Positions 1 through 10,138 of a stretch of 64,000 bases of DNA are shown piece by piece. The stretch's first letter is position 1. Each line of letters starts with the position of its first letter. Where the stretch lies: the NCBI GenBank assembly GCA_963833575.1, contig CAWHXY010000007.1, forward strand, positions 192,001 to 256,000, written 5' to 3'. A program made the position numbers and the translations under genes. This DNA comes from Candidatus Bathyarchaeota archaeon (lineage in GTDB: Archaea; Thermoproteota; Bathyarchaeia; Bathyarchaeales; Bathycorpusculaceae). The notes below the pieces were generated by a model that had not been told where the DNA came from, did not search any database, and saw nothing but the letters and a program-made list of their open reading frames with translations.

Positions 1-59
1 TACCAGAATTAACGATTAAACCTGAAATTGAGGAGTCAAAACCAAATGTCAAACAATAA
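1..59 (+). CDS. 3' end of an upstream gene (partial), probably the preceding subunit of the hydrogenase/complex-I-like operon
   Basis: Open frame from the window edge (PELTIKPEIEESKPNVKQ) ends at TAA 57-59 and overlaps the ATG at 46, typical operon coupling. Identity cannot be determined. Confidence 0.45.
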   Translation, partial: PELTIKPEIEESKPNVKQ

Positions 60-1617
60 GATAGACATCATTAGTGTAATACAATCTAAACTTAAAGATA
101 AAGTTCAGATTCAATTAGGTGAGTTGGGAACAGCCGCCATTAACACTAGTAATGGCTTGCATAGAGCTGTTCTCAAAGCGATGATTGATGCTGATGAAAA
201 AACTGGTATTACCGCAATAACTGGTCTTGACCTCGGAGCTAACCTAGGTATTTTATATCATACACATACCTCAAATGCTTTCATAACAATAAGAGCCGAA
301 GTACCAAAAGATAACCCGAAGATTCAAACAATAGTTGACCTTATTCCTGGCGCAGCATTTCATGAACTTGAAGTTTCAGACCTTTTTGGTGTTATCTTCG
401 AGGGCAATGAACTCAAAGGACATCTTGTACTTTCTGAAAACTGGCCTGAAGGCATTTACCCATTAAGAAAGGATGTTAAGGCGAACGAAATAAAACTTGT
501 TCCAGCACCCGAAGAGCAAAAGCCTCCTGAAATGGGGAAACTTGTCAAAATCATCATAGGTCCACAGCATCCAGCGTTACTAGAGCCGGAAAAATTTGCT
601 GTAACAGTCGATGGGGAAACTGTAACAAAGGTTGAACCTAGAATCGGTTACGTTCACAGAGGCATAGAGAAAGCATCTGAAACTCGAACTTACGTCCAAG
701 ATGTTTACTTAGTTGAACGAATCTGCGGAATATGCAACGCTTGCCATGCTTATGGTTTAGTTGCAGCAACAGAAAAAATATTAAAAACTCAAGTTCCAGA
801 ACGAGCCAAATACTTACGTGTAATAGATCTTGAGTTTAACCGATTACACAGTCACTTGTTAACTTTAGGACATGCAGGATTAGAAATCGGTTACGAAACA
901 TTATTCCAATATTTCTGGAGAGACCGAGAACCGATTATGGATCTCATCGAGTTAATTAGCGGTAACCGCGTTTATGCGTCCCTTATGACAATTGGTGGGG
1001 TTAGAAGAGACTTAAAAGAAACTGATTTCCCAAAAATTAAGACAACTTTAGAGGAATTACGAAAGAAGATACCGTTCTATAGACAAATTTACGAAAATGA
1101 ACCGTCAATAAAAGCTCGTATGAAAAACGTTGGCACACTCTCAAGAGAAGACGCAATAAAACTATGTGTTGTGGGTCCAGTAGCGAGAGGATCAGGATAC
1201 GATATCGATGTACGCAAAGATGATCCTTACGAAGCATACGGCGAAATTCCATTCAATAAGATAGTTTACACTGAAGGGGATACATGGGCTCGAATGAATG
1301 TTCGAATGGATGAAGTTGAGGAAAGCATCAACATAGTCCTTTTTGCGCTTGATCATATGCCAACAGGACCATTCCGAGTTGATGTACCTCGAAATGTGCT
1401 CGTAGGAGAAGCGGTAAGTCGTAACGAAGCACCAAGAGGCGAACTATTTTATTACGTTAAAAGTAACGGTACCGCGTTCCCAGAACGTGTTAAAGTCCGC
1501 ACTCCAACATTCGCTAACATCCCGTCATTTCTTAAAACAGCAATTGGCGAAAACATAGCTGATGTTCCACCGAACTTTGTAAGCTTAGACCCCTGCTTCT
1601 CATGCACTGACAGGTGA
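46..1617 (+). CDS. Group-4-type [NiFe]-hydrogenase large subunit with fused N-terminal NuoC-like domain (NuoC/D fusion)
   Basis: N-terminal NuoC motif (ELEVSDLFGVIFEG...WPEGIYPLRKD), then GPQHP, GYVHRGIEK, L1 motif ERICGICNACH, EAPRGE and L2 motif DPCFSCTDR at the C-terminus. ATG at 46 preferred over TTG at 28. Confidence 0.92.
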   Translation: MSNNKIDIISVIQSKLKDKVQIQLGELGTAAINTSNGLHRAVLKAMIDADEKTGITAITGLDLGANLGILYHTHTSNAFITIRAEVPKDNPKIQTIVDLIPGAAFHELEVSDLFGVIFEGNELKGHLVLSENWPEGIYPLRKDVKANEIKLVPAPEEQKPPEMGKLVKIIIGPQHPALLEPEKFAVTVDGETVTKVEPRIGYVHRGIEKASETRTYVQDVYLVERICGICNACHAYGLVAATEKILKTQVPERAKYLRVIDLEFNRLHSHLLTLGHAGLEIGYETLFQYFWRDREPIMDLIELISGNRVYASLMTIGGVRRDLKETDFPKIKTTLEELRKKIPFYRQIYENEPSIKARMKNVGTLSREDAIKLCVVGPVARGSGYDIDVRKDDPYEAYGEIPFNKIVYTEGDTWARMNVRMDEVEESINIVLFALDHMPTGPFRVDVPRNVLVGEAVSRNEAPRGELFYYVKSNGTAFPERVKVRTPTFANIPSFLKTAIGENIADVPPNFVSLDPCFSCTDR

Positions 1618-1621
1618 CATA

Positions 1622-2626
1622 ATGATTGACATTTGGCTAATCCTACGAATTCTAATTTTCCCAGGTTTCGCATTCATACTAATATTAACTTTGTTTTGCG
1701 ATTGGGTTGAACGAAAATTTGAGGCACGTATACAAAACCGTGTAGGTCCCATGGTAGCAGGACCCGCGGGAATCCTTCAACCATTAGCAGACTTCATAAA
1801 ACTACTTACAAAAGAAGATATTGAACCAAGAGATTCAAAGAGAATCGTTTTCAAATTTGCACCTCTTGTTGCTTTCACAATTATGGTTTTTGCAATATGC
1901 TTTTTGCCTATTGATGGAGCCAGCGTTCTGTCTACAGGAGGCTTTAACGGCGATTTAATTATTATTTTAGCGTTTTCAACAATTGCAAGTTTTCTGCTCT
2001 TTCTCTCAGGATGGGCATCCTGCAATCCTTATGGAACTATCAGCGCAGCTAGAGTCCTAACTCAATTCATGGGTTACGATATACCGCTTTTTCTTATTGC
2101 GTTAACTCCTGCATTTATAGTAGGAAGTTTAAGCATATTCACAATTGCCTCAGGAGTAACTTTAGCTTCAGGTCAAACTATTCCCATTATACTTTTAGCG
2201 CCATGGGCTTTCGTTTTATTCATTATAACAATGCAAGCAGAACTGGAAAAAGATCCCTTTGACGTCCCAGATGCAGAAAGCGAGTTGGTTGGAGGCTTAG
2301 AAACGGAATTCACAGGCGCAAAATTAGCGTTCCTTCATTTGACACGTGATGTGCAAATAGTTTTTGGTTCTGCGTTAGTAGTAGAATTGTTCCTCGGCGG
2401 TCCTTATGGTCCAGTATTCTTTGGGATACCGGCATTCTGGTATTCTTTGTGGTTTGTACTAAAACTCTTAGCAGTCGTAATTATTACAGAATATATAACA
2501 ACTCTTTTTGCAAGGTTACGAATTGATCAGGTGTTATCAGCAAACTGGAGAATACTACTGCCCGCAGCAATATTGTCGTTGATGCTAACTGTTGCATTAG
2601 TAACATGGGTTTATCCGTTGGTGTAA
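1622..2626 (+). CDS. nuoH: Complex I subunit H (NuoH/HycD-like) membrane subunit
   Basis: ERKFEARIQNRVGP, GILQPLADFIKLLTKE, PFDVPDAESELVGG and ARLRIDQ signatures. Confidence 0.93.
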   Translation: MIDIWLILRILIFPGFAFILILTLFCDWVERKFEARIQNRVGPMVAGPAGILQPLADFIKLLTKEDIEPRDSKRIVFKFAPLVAFTIMVFAICFLPIDGASVLSTGGFNGDLIIILAFSTIASFLLFLSGWASCNPYGTISAARVLTQFMGYDIPLFLIALTPAFIVGSLSIFTIASGVTLASGQTIPIILLAPWAFVLFIITMQAELEKDPFDVPDAESELVGGLETEFTGAKLAFLHLTRDVQIVFGSALVVELFLGGPYGPVFFGIPAFWYSLWFVLKLLAVVIITEYITTLFARLRIDQVLSANWRILLPAAILSLMLTVALVTWVYPLV

Positions 2627-2630
2627 AACA

Positions 2631-3089
2631 ATGGCGAAGACAAAACCAAAGAAATCACGTATATCTCCAATGTTCAAACGAACCTTCTCTCACCTCTTCA
2701 CCAAACCCTATACTACCAAATATCCCTTCGTAAAGCCCAAACTTCCGGAAGGTTACCGAGGTAAACCAGAATACACCATTAAAGCGTGTAACATGATTGA
2801 ACTCTGCGGAAACAAAGGCGAGTTGTGTTTTGATGTAAAGTCATTAGTCAACACAAATTGCACCGTGTGCTGTCGAGATTGTCCAGCAGATGCAATTGAA
2901 ATAGTTGAAGTTGACGGCAAGAAACGTCCACAGTTTGATCTGAACAAATGCATCTTCTGCAATCAATGTGTTGAGAGCTGTCCCAGAAATGCAATAACTG
3001 GTACTGATAACTATGAGTTAGCAACGACGGATAAAGCGTCTTTAGTTAAAAAACCACAACCGAACGCAAAGGAAGGTACAAAACAATGA
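2631..3089 (+). CDS. nuoI: NuoI-like 2x[4Fe-4S] ferredoxin subunit
   Basis: T-x-x-YP...YRG N-terminus, CTVCCRDCP and CIFCNQCVESCP clusters, operon position. Confidence 0.85.
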   Translation: MAKTKPKKSRISPMFKRTFSHLFTKPYTTKYPFVKPKLPEGYRGKPEYTIKACNMIELCGNKGELCFDVKSLVNTNCTVCCRDCPADAIEIVEVDGKKRPQFDLNKCIFCNQCVESCPRNAITGTDNYELATTDKASLVKKPQPNAKEGTKQ

Positions 3090-3547
3090 TTCTTGAAATT
3101 ATCTCAATAGGACTAATAATCTCCGCTTGTTTGGCATTGTTTCTTGATGAAATGGTTTATTCCGTTGCTGCTTTAGCAGGGACTTTTCTTTTCACATCAT
3201 TGTTATACATTGTAAACGGCTCTGATTTTGCAGCTATTTTCCAGTTTGTGGTCGGTGTTGGCACATTGGCCATCTTGTTCTTGTCAGGAGAAATGTTGGG
3301 CAATAAACCGACGAAGAAAGCTTCATCCAAGAAGACCTTTGCATTGATTGGTTTGGGCGGTGTTTTATCTTTGCCCGCTATTTTTCTTTCAGTTTCTGGT
3401 TCAACAGGAACAACATCCGACACATTTTTTGGTGACGCATTATGGAACCTAAGAGGCGTCGACGTTGTTATACAATCTTTAGTTGTTTTAACGGTGGCAT
3501 TAGGAATTGCCATCATATTATATGAACGGAGGAGCGGTGAGAAGTAA
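3086..3547 (+). CDS. nuoJ: NuoJ-like membrane subunit
   Basis: Hydrophobic 153 aa, FAAIFQFVVGVGTLAILFL resembles the NuoJ TM3 motif, lies between nuoI and nuoK. Confidence 0.8.
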   Translation: MILEIISIGLIISACLALFLDEMVYSVAALAGTFLFTSLLYIVNGSDFAAIFQFVVGVGTLAILFLSGEMLGNKPTKKASSKKTFALIGLGGVLSLPAIFLSVSGSTGTTSDTFFGDALWNLRGVDVVIQSLVVLTVALGIAIILYERRSGEK

Positions 3548-3864
3548 TGGACTTTGTAATCCTATCTCTTGTAATGCTGGCACTCGGAATCTATGGTTTG
3601 CTGACTAATCGCCAGCTCCTTAAAGTGTTCATTTCAGTTGAGTTAATCGCTACAGCTGCCACTTTAAACTTCGTAATGCTTGTTTCTTCTACGGGTCAAG
3701 GTTTAGGACAGGCGATTCTGATTTTGGCGTTTTCAACAGATACCGCTGTTAGCGCAGTAATTTTGGCGTTACTTGTTATTGTATCAAAAAAGTATGGAAC
3801 AAGTAACATTAGTGAAATATTAAAAATGCAGGGAAAAGTCGAAAGTGAGGCTGAAGCACAATGA
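3547..3864 (+). CDS. nuoK: NuoK-like membrane subunit
   Basis: GIYGLLTNRQLLKVFISVELI motif, three TM segments. Confidence 0.87.
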   Translation: MDFVILSLVMLALGIYGLLTNRQLLKVFISVELIATAATLNFVMLVSSTGQGLGQAILILAFSTDTAVSAVILALLVIVSKKYGTSNISEILKMQGKVESEAEAQ

Positions 3865-5792
3865 CGTATGACAGTGTTGCTGCGTGGCTTGTTTGGGTAA
3901 TTCCACTCATTGCCTGCCTTTTCGTACCAGTTGTAGCGAAGAAAGGTGATAAAGTAAGAAATTACTTCGTGATTGCAATTGCTGTAGTTGTAGCATTTTT
4001 GGCATTTTCAATGGTGCCTGGCGTATTTTTCGGCAACGGACAGGTTGAGCCTTCATCATACGTGAGTTGGATTCAAGGCCTCAACGCTGGAGTATTTATT
4101 GACCCACTTAGCGTATTATTCACTTGTCTTATTGCGTTCTTCGGATTAATCATAGCCGTTTATTCTTGGGGCTACATGAAGGGCGAAGAAGGACTAACAC
4201 GATACTACTTCTTACTTATGCTCTTCATCGGCTCAATGATAGGTCTTGTAATTTCAGATAACATGCTTCAACTGTTTATTTTCTGGGAAATGGTGGGCTT
4301 ATGCTCGTACGCTTTAATTGCGTTCTGGTATAAGCGTCCCGAATCAATTAACGCAGGCGTAAAAGTTTTCATCATGACGCGCATCGGCGACATATCATTG
4401 CTTGCAGCCATTGGCTTACTCTACGCAGGTCCACTCATCAATGGGCAAGCTATCGGATCATTTAGCTTCCGAGATGTAATGCAAGCACTTTCAACGGCCG
4501 CAAGCAATGGGACCTTGAACCTGAACCTAATGGTTGTGGTTTTCTTCTTGGTTTTAGGCGGAGCAATTGCAAAGTCCGCTCAGCTTCCATTGTTCACTTG
4601 GCTCTATAGCGCAATGGAGGCACCCACCTCAGTCAGCGCCCTCTTACACGCTGCGACAATGGTTAAGGCAGGAATCTACCTTCTTGCAAGATTTATTCTA
4701 ATTGCCTCAGTTGCAATGCCATTAATTACGGCTTTGGGCACACAATACTGGTTTGCAACGGTTACATGGATAGGTGTTTTGACCGCGCTTGTCGGTGCAA
4801 CTTTAGCCATAACTACAACTGACATCAAAGGAGTTTTGGCGTATTCCACTGTTAGCCAAATAGGTTTTATGATGGCTGGTTTGGGCACTGCTGTTGCTGG
4901 AGCTTCATCAGTTGGTTGGTTTGCCAGCTTATTCCATATGGTAAGCCATGCTTTCTTCGAAGGTTTGGGATTCCTCCTAGCAGGTGGTATCATACATGCC
5001 ATTGGTACTCGTGACATGCGTTTGATGGGTGGCTTAAGAAAAGCTATGCCAGTCACTTTCATTTTGATGGCAATAATGGTTATAACAACAAGCGGTTTGC
5101 CGCCGTTTGCCGCATTCTTTAGCAAAGGTCTAATCATAACAAGTGTAACTGACGTAAACCTGATACAGGCAGTTCTGCTTTATGCCACTGCGGCAATAAC
5201 GTTTGCCTATGTCATAAGAATGTTAAGTTTAGTTTTTATGGGCAAAGAATCAGAGCACTTACAGAAACAGCATGTGCATGAAGCACCTAAAGTCATGTTA
5301 ATCCCTGCTGCAATTCTCGCAGGATTATGCATTGTGTGGGGCTTGTCAATGACTTTGGTCGCGAACTTTATGCATCTAAATAGCCTTGGGCTCTCACTGC
5401 TGGGTTCATTAACTGACATAGAAACTCCAATCTTCTTAGCACTTCTAGTGCCTACCGGTCTGCTCGTTTACTGGGCTTACTACAAGAATACCATGAGCAT
5501 AAGAAGCCTTGGCGGTGGGTCAAACCCAATTGCAACAATGCTAAAGCACGCTTACTTCTTTGACGACTTCTACGGCATCTTAGTTAAAGGACTTACCAGG
5601 CTTTCTGACGGCGTCAAATATGTCGAAGATTCAGCAAATCAACTGACAACCAGCTTTGCAACGGGAGTAGTTGTCGCTGCTTCCAAACTGAAGAAAGTGC
5701 CATCCACAACAGTGCAAAACTACATCGCTGCATCAGTGGTTGGTTTCATCCTGATCGTAGTTCTGATAATACTAACCATCGGAGGACTTTAA
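3861..5792 (+). CDS. nuoL: NuoL-like antiporter subunit
   Basis: FIFWEMVGLCSYALIAFW, KSAQLPLFTWLYSAMEAPTSVSALLHAATMVKAG, AYSTVSQIG; long C-terminal lateral-helix region. Confidence 0.93.
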   Translation: MTYDSVAAWLVWVIPLIACLFVPVVAKKGDKVRNYFVIAIAVVVAFLAFSMVPGVFFGNGQVEPSSYVSWIQGLNAGVFIDPLSVLFTCLIAFFGLIIAVYSWGYMKGEEGLTRYYFLLMLFIGSMIGLVISDNMLQLFIFWEMVGLCSYALIAFWYKRPESINAGVKVFIMTRIGDISLLAAIGLLYAGPLINGQAIGSFSFRDVMQALSTAASNGTLNLNLMVVVFFLVLGGAIAKSAQLPLFTWLYSAMEAPTSVSALLHAATMVKAGIYLLARFILIASVAMPLITALGTQYWFATVTWIGVLTALVGATLAITTTDIKGVLAYSTVSQIGFMMAGLGTAVAGASSVGWFASLFHMVSHAFFEGLGFLLAGGIIHAIGTRDMRLMGGLRKAMPVTFILMAIMVITTSGLPPFAAFFSKGLIITSVTDVNLIQAVLLYATAAITFAYVIRMLSLVFMGKESEHLQKQHVHEAPKVMLIPAAILAGLCIVWGLSMTLVANFMHLNSLGLSLLGSLTDIETPIFLALLVPTGLLVYWAYYKNTMSIRSLGGGSNPIATMLKHAYFFDDFYGILVKGLTRLSDGVKYVEDSANQLTTSFATGVVVAASKLKKVPSTTVQNYIAASVVGFILIVVLIILTIGGL

Positions 5793-5796
5793 CAAA

Positions 5797-7374
5797 ATGT
5801 TTCCAGCTCTTTTAGCAGTATTTGCTATTCCAACCATAAGCATACCATTTGTCTACTTAACAGGAAAGAAATCGCCTAAAGCAGCCGCCATCTTTGTAGC
5901 TTTAATCGCATTAGTCAACATCATCTTAATTTTAACCACGGTACCAACAGTGCTCAATGGAACAATAATCAACGGTACGCTTCAGCACCGATATATTGAA
6001 TCCTACTCGTGGATTAGCGTCATAAACACATCATTCACGCTATTTACTGATGGCATTAGCGCTTCCGTGGCCTTAATCAGTCTTGCTTTAGTTCTAGTAG
6101 CATCTCTTTTCTCAATAACTTATATGGCTGGCAAAAAGCATCTAGCCGCATATTATGCGCTGTTATGCATGCTTTCCGTTGGGATGGTGGGTGTTTTCTT
6201 AACATCTAACCTGATTTTATTCTATTTCTGCTGGGAACTAATGCTTGTTCCAGCTTACTTTATAGTTGGTGAGTGGGGATATAGAGACTCCTACAAACAA
6301 GCCTTCAAACTTTTTATATGGACGCATGCAGGCGCAGTTTTCGTTCTCCTAGGCATCGGAGCGGTTTATGTTGCAACAGGTGGACAAACCGATATGTTTG
6401 CTGCCCAAACCGCTTTGGCGGGTGTTGGTGTTGCAGGCTCAGCCATTGTGAAATGGACTCTTATCGCGTTGACAGCGGGATTCGCGGTTAAAATGGCCGT
6501 TCTCCCCGTTCACTTTTGGCTTCCTGATGCTCACTCAGAAGCTCCAGCACCAATGTCCGCGCTCCTAAGCGGTGTCATAATCAGTGCAGGAGCTTACGCA
6601 ATTCTACGCCTTTCGCTCGGCATGGTTTTTCCCGCAGTGGGAATAACATTTGGAACAAACTTCCTATACGCATTAGCTATTGTGGGTGTACTGTCTGCTT
6701 TCTTTGGATCACTAATCGCCTTGGTTTCCACAGACATAAAGCGACTTATCGCATACTCAAGCATCGCCCACATGGGCTATATTATGTTCGGCCTTTCACT
6801 CTTCCCAGCAAATGTTGCTGCTGGAACAGCAGTAATCTTGGTTTCCTCTCTCGCAATTACGGGAACGGTACTTCATATTGTCAGTCACGCTGTAAGCAAA
6901 GGACTTCTCTTCCTTACCGCTGGAGGGGTCATGCATCAAACAGAAAAACGTGATATCCGCAAAATGGGTGGATTAGCAAGCAAAATGCCGTTCACTGCAG
7001 TATCATCAACAATAGCAGCGTTAAGCATTGCAGGAGCACCACCATTCGCGTGCTTCATCAGTGAATTTCTAATCTTCGTAGGCGCTTTTCAGGTAATAAA
7101 AACTGACAGCTTCTACATCATTCCCACTGCCCTCATGCTAATAGCAACAGTAATTTCACTCGCGTATATGCTAAGATTCACATCAAAAATTTATCTTGGT
7201 CAACCGGCAGCTGAAGAAGTTGTAGAAGGCCAAGAGCCACATAAAATCGTTGATGTATCTAACTGGATGAAACTATCCCTAGCAATATTGGTAGTTCTAG
7301 TGGTGCTTGTAGGGATCTACCCGACGTTCTTCCTGAACCTAATTCAAACTGTCACTTTCGGGGGTACAATCTAA
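5797..7374 (+). CDS. nuoM: NuoM-like antiporter subunit
   Basis: FYFCWELMLVP, KMAVLPVHFWLPDAHSEAP, DIKRLIAYSSIAHMG. Confidence 0.92.
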   Translation: MFPALLAVFAIPTISIPFVYLTGKKSPKAAAIFVALIALVNIILILTTVPTVLNGTIINGTLQHRYIESYSWISVINTSFTLFTDGISASVALISLALVLVASLFSITYMAGKKHLAAYYALLCMLSVGMVGVFLTSNLILFYFCWELMLVPAYFIVGEWGYRDSYKQAFKLFIWTHAGAVFVLLGIGAVYVATGGQTDMFAAQTALAGVGVAGSAIVKWTLIALTAGFAVKMAVLPVHFWLPDAHSEAPAPMSALLSGVIISAGAYAILRLSLGMVFPAVGITFGTNFLYALAIVGVLSAFFGSLIALVSTDIKRLIAYSSIAHMGYIMFGLSLFPANVAAGTAVILVSSLAITGTVLHIVSHAVSKGLLFLTAGGVMHQTEKRDIRKMGGLASKMPFTAVSSTIAALSIAGAPPFACFISEFLIFVGAFQVIKTDSFYIIPTALMLIATVISLAYMLRFTSKIYLGQPAAEEVVEGQEPHKIVDVSNWMKLSLAILVVLVVLVGIYPTFFLNLIQTVTFGGTI

Positions 7375-8891
7375 TGGTTGAACTGATAGACGTCATATTA
7401 CCGATAATAACTTTAGTAATTGGAGCATTGCTAACTGTCCCAGTTTTCAGATTTATAAGAAAAAGTACAAACAAGACTGCATTGACCCTTGGGTGGTTCA
7501 TAGCAGTATTTGCAATTGCTGGCGCAGCCGTCGCCAACTTGGCACTAAACTATTACAGCACAACAAATCCCGGCATTCTAAGTTTAGGCTTAACTAACGC
7601 TTCTTCGGCAATGTTCTCAAGCGCCTTCATGATAGACGCAATCTCCATTTACATGTCAATAATCATTGTAGCCATCAGCGCCGTAGTCGTAATCTACACA
7701 GTATTCGCACTTGGCTCAAATGAGCGACCATCAGAACGATACTTAGCCATAATGCTGATGACTACTGCAGGGCTACTTGGTGCCGTCCTAGCAGGTGACC
7801 TCTTAACATTCTTCATATTCTGGGAAGCAGCAACGGCAGGGGCAGCATTCTTAATGCTCTATAAGAAAAATGCTTTCTCGATCAATGCCACCTTAAAGTA
7901 TCTTATTATGGTCATCATTGCTTCTGCATTCATAATTTTTGGGTATTCACTTGTTTATGGGTTAACAGGAACTCTAAACTACTTGGCAGTTGGAAGCGCT
8001 TTAACACATTTAACTGGTAACAACCTGCTGATCATAGCTTTCATATTCATTGCTGCTGGATATGCCATTGAAGCCGCAATCGTGCCCTTCCACTTCTGGC
8101 TACCTGACGCTTACACTGCAGCTCCAGGACCATCAGCAGCTTTCCTCTCAGCTCTCGTTGACCAAGGCAGCTACTACATTCTCATTAGAATACTACTGTA
8201 CATCGTAGTTCCAAAGGGTTCGGGCGCAGTGTTAGATTGGACTTTGATGTTAGCGGCCTTAGCAGCAGTATCAATGATAGTTGGCAACTTATTTGCCCTT
8301 ATACAAAGTGACGTAAAACGTTTAATCGCGTACATTTGTGTTGCAGACGTCGGCTACAACCTTGTAGCAATATCAAGCGTATCTTCACTTGGTTTACTTG
8401 GCAACCTTTACTTTTTCCTAATCGGCGGGATCACTACTGGGCTTGCCTTCATGGCAGTCGGTATCCTAAATAGTCATGGATTTAAAAGCATGGATGATTT
8501 AGCGGGCGTAGGCAAGAAAATGCCGCTTGTATGCTTAGCACTAGTAATGGCTGGGCTATCCTTTGCGGGTGTTCCACCCTTCGGCGGATTCATAGGTAAA
8601 TATTTAGTCTTTACAGCCGCGATCGAAGCGAACCTGAGTTGGCTAGCAGTTATAGGTGTTTTGACAAGCGTCCTGCAAACCGCTTACATATTCAGGTTAA
8701 TCTATGTAATGTACGGCAAAAACCCCAAAGACGAAACTAGCATAAAAGAATCAAAACGCATTCTGATTCCCGTCTTTATCTTAGCTTTCACGTTGATAGT
8801 CTTAGGCTTGTTCCCAAACATCGTTCTGAACCTAATCCACCCGGTCGTTGGGCAACTTCAGACAATTATTCCAACGCTACCATCAATCTAA
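7374..8891 (+). CDS. nuoN: NuoN-like antiporter subunit
   Basis: PFHFWLPDAYTAAP, VKRLIAY, LSFAGVPPFGGFIGKYLVF; last gene of the operon. Confidence 0.9.
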   Translation: MVELIDVILPIITLVIGALLTVPVFRFIRKSTNKTALTLGWFIAVFAIAGAAVANLALNYYSTTNPGILSLGLTNASSAMFSSAFMIDAISIYMSIIIVAISAVVVIYTVFALGSNERPSERYLAIMLMTTAGLLGAVLAGDLLTFFIFWEAATAGAAFLMLYKKNAFSINATLKYLIMVIIASAFIIFGYSLVYGLTGTLNYLAVGSALTHLTGNNLLIIAFIFIAAGYAIEAAIVPFHFWLPDAYTAAPGPSAAFLSALVDQGSYYILIRILLYIVVPKGSGAVLDWTLMLAALAAVSMIVGNLFALIQSDVKRLIAYICVADVGYNLVAISSVSSLGLLGNLYFFLIGGITTGLAFMAVGILNSHGFKSMDDLAGVGKKMPLVCLALVMAGLSFAGVPPFGGFIGKYLVFTAAIEANLSWLAVIGVLTSVLQTAYIFRLIYVMYGKNPKDETSIKESKRILIPVFILAFTLIVLGLFPNIVLNLIHPVVGQLQTIIPTLPSI

Positions 8892-8922
8892 GAAATAGAC
8901 TACGCCAAAAAAAGACAAACCC

Positions 8923-8946
8923 TTTTTCATTTTTCTTTCTATTTTC
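8923..8946 (+). terminator. Probable T-rich archaeal terminator of the hydrogenase operon
   Basis: TTTTTCATTTTTCTTTCTATTTTC about 30 nt after the nuoN stop. Confidence 0.5.
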
Positions 8947-9018
8947 AGAATAAATAAAATTGGAAACTAGAATGGGGAAAAAAAGAGAGTTTGTTGTTGT
9001 CTACTCGTATCTTTTTTG

Positions 9019-9672
9019 CTAGACTTCTATGCTTGTTTTTTTGTTTGCTGCGATTCCAGTGGATACTTCGGGAAATTGGTCCCTAATTCTTTTTTCTGCA
9101 GCTACTTCTGCTTCCTCCAAGATTGCTAGTGCATCCTCGTTAACCACGCCAAGATTTACTGGTGATTCTGATGATTGACTAGTCGATGTGCAGATGTCTC
9201 CTAGTAGGCTTCCGATGCTTTCAAGTTCTTGGCTTGCCTGTGGCAAAATGCCTGACATCCCTGAACGGACGGTGTTTAGTACACTTTTTGCGGGAGCTAA
9301 TACTGCAACTAAGTCGCCGACTTCTGAGACGGTTCTAAGACGCATCGAAACACTTTCTAAAGCGAGGGATTCTTGAATCAACATTTTTTCTACTTTGCGT
9401 ATTTCCCCAAGTTCGTTGGCATATATGTTTGCCCGTGCAGTATCTCGGTTTGCGATTGATTTAACTACAGATTGGAATATGACTGCATCGCGGTTCTGAA
9501 ATCTTTGTACCGCTGCATCTATTGTTTTGGTTTGAACATCTAAGCGTTGAATAACCATGTTGATTTGATCTTTTACGTTTTCGACCGGCTTGCCAATGCT
9601 TTTGATTTTTGATTTTAATGATGGTTCATCCTGCTCTTTACTTTTCCATCCTTTGATGAATCGGTTACCCAA
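9019..9672 (-). CDS. ESCRT-III / Snf7-family (CdvB-like) protein
   Basis: All-helical 217 aa. Basic N-half contains RANIYANELGEIRKVEKML...LALESVSMRLRTV; acidic C-half contains EDALAILEEAEVAAE. TTG start. Confidence 0.8.
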   Translation of the reverse strand: MGNRFIKGWKSKEQDEPSLKSKIKSIGKPVENVKDQINMVIQRLDVQTKTIDAAVQRFQNRDAVIFQSVVKSIANRDTARANIYANELGEIRKVEKMLIQESLALESVSMRLRTVSEVGDLVAVLAPAKSVLNTVRSGMSGILPQASQELESIGSLLGDICTSTSQSSESPVNLGVVNEDALAILEEAEVAAEKRIRDQFPEVSTGIAANKKTSIEV

Positions 9673-10002
9673 GTTAATTTCTCCTAAGTTTAATTCAAGC
9701 TCACCTGTGACTGAGAATATAAAAAATTGTTTGAAACAATAAGTTAAAACCGAACACTCTGAAAACCCTATTTTTAATTTTACTTCTAAACAATCAACCG
9801 CTTGAGAGGCTTTTTTCGGTGAATTTATTCGAAAGTTAAGGTAAACTAGGAAAAATCTGTATTTATAGGATGTAAAATTATTGTTTGGGCGTCATCTTTT
9901 TGAATCTTATTTAGCGAAACAATGCCTGAACTTCATGCATAATTTTGTTCAATATTGTCAATTTGGACTTTTTGAACAAAGGATTGTGGTGCTTTTTTGT
10001 TG

Positions 10003-10138
10003 ATTTTCTTATTTTCTTATTTTCTTATTTTCTTATTTTCTTATTTTCTTATTTTCTTATTTTCTTATTTTCTTATTTTCTTATTTTCTTATTTTCTTAT
10101 TTTCTTATTTTCTTATTTTCTTATTTTCTTATTTTCTT
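10003..10138. repeat. Perfect tandem repeat (ATTTTCTT)x17, overlapping the proA stop codon
   Basis: 136 bp with strict 8-bp period, plus partial ATTT at 10139-10142. Confidence 0.95.

Noticed and set aside
1615-1617. TGA after the hydrogenase large subunit as selenocysteine
   Set aside because: All four metal ligands are already Cys and nuoH starts 4 bp later
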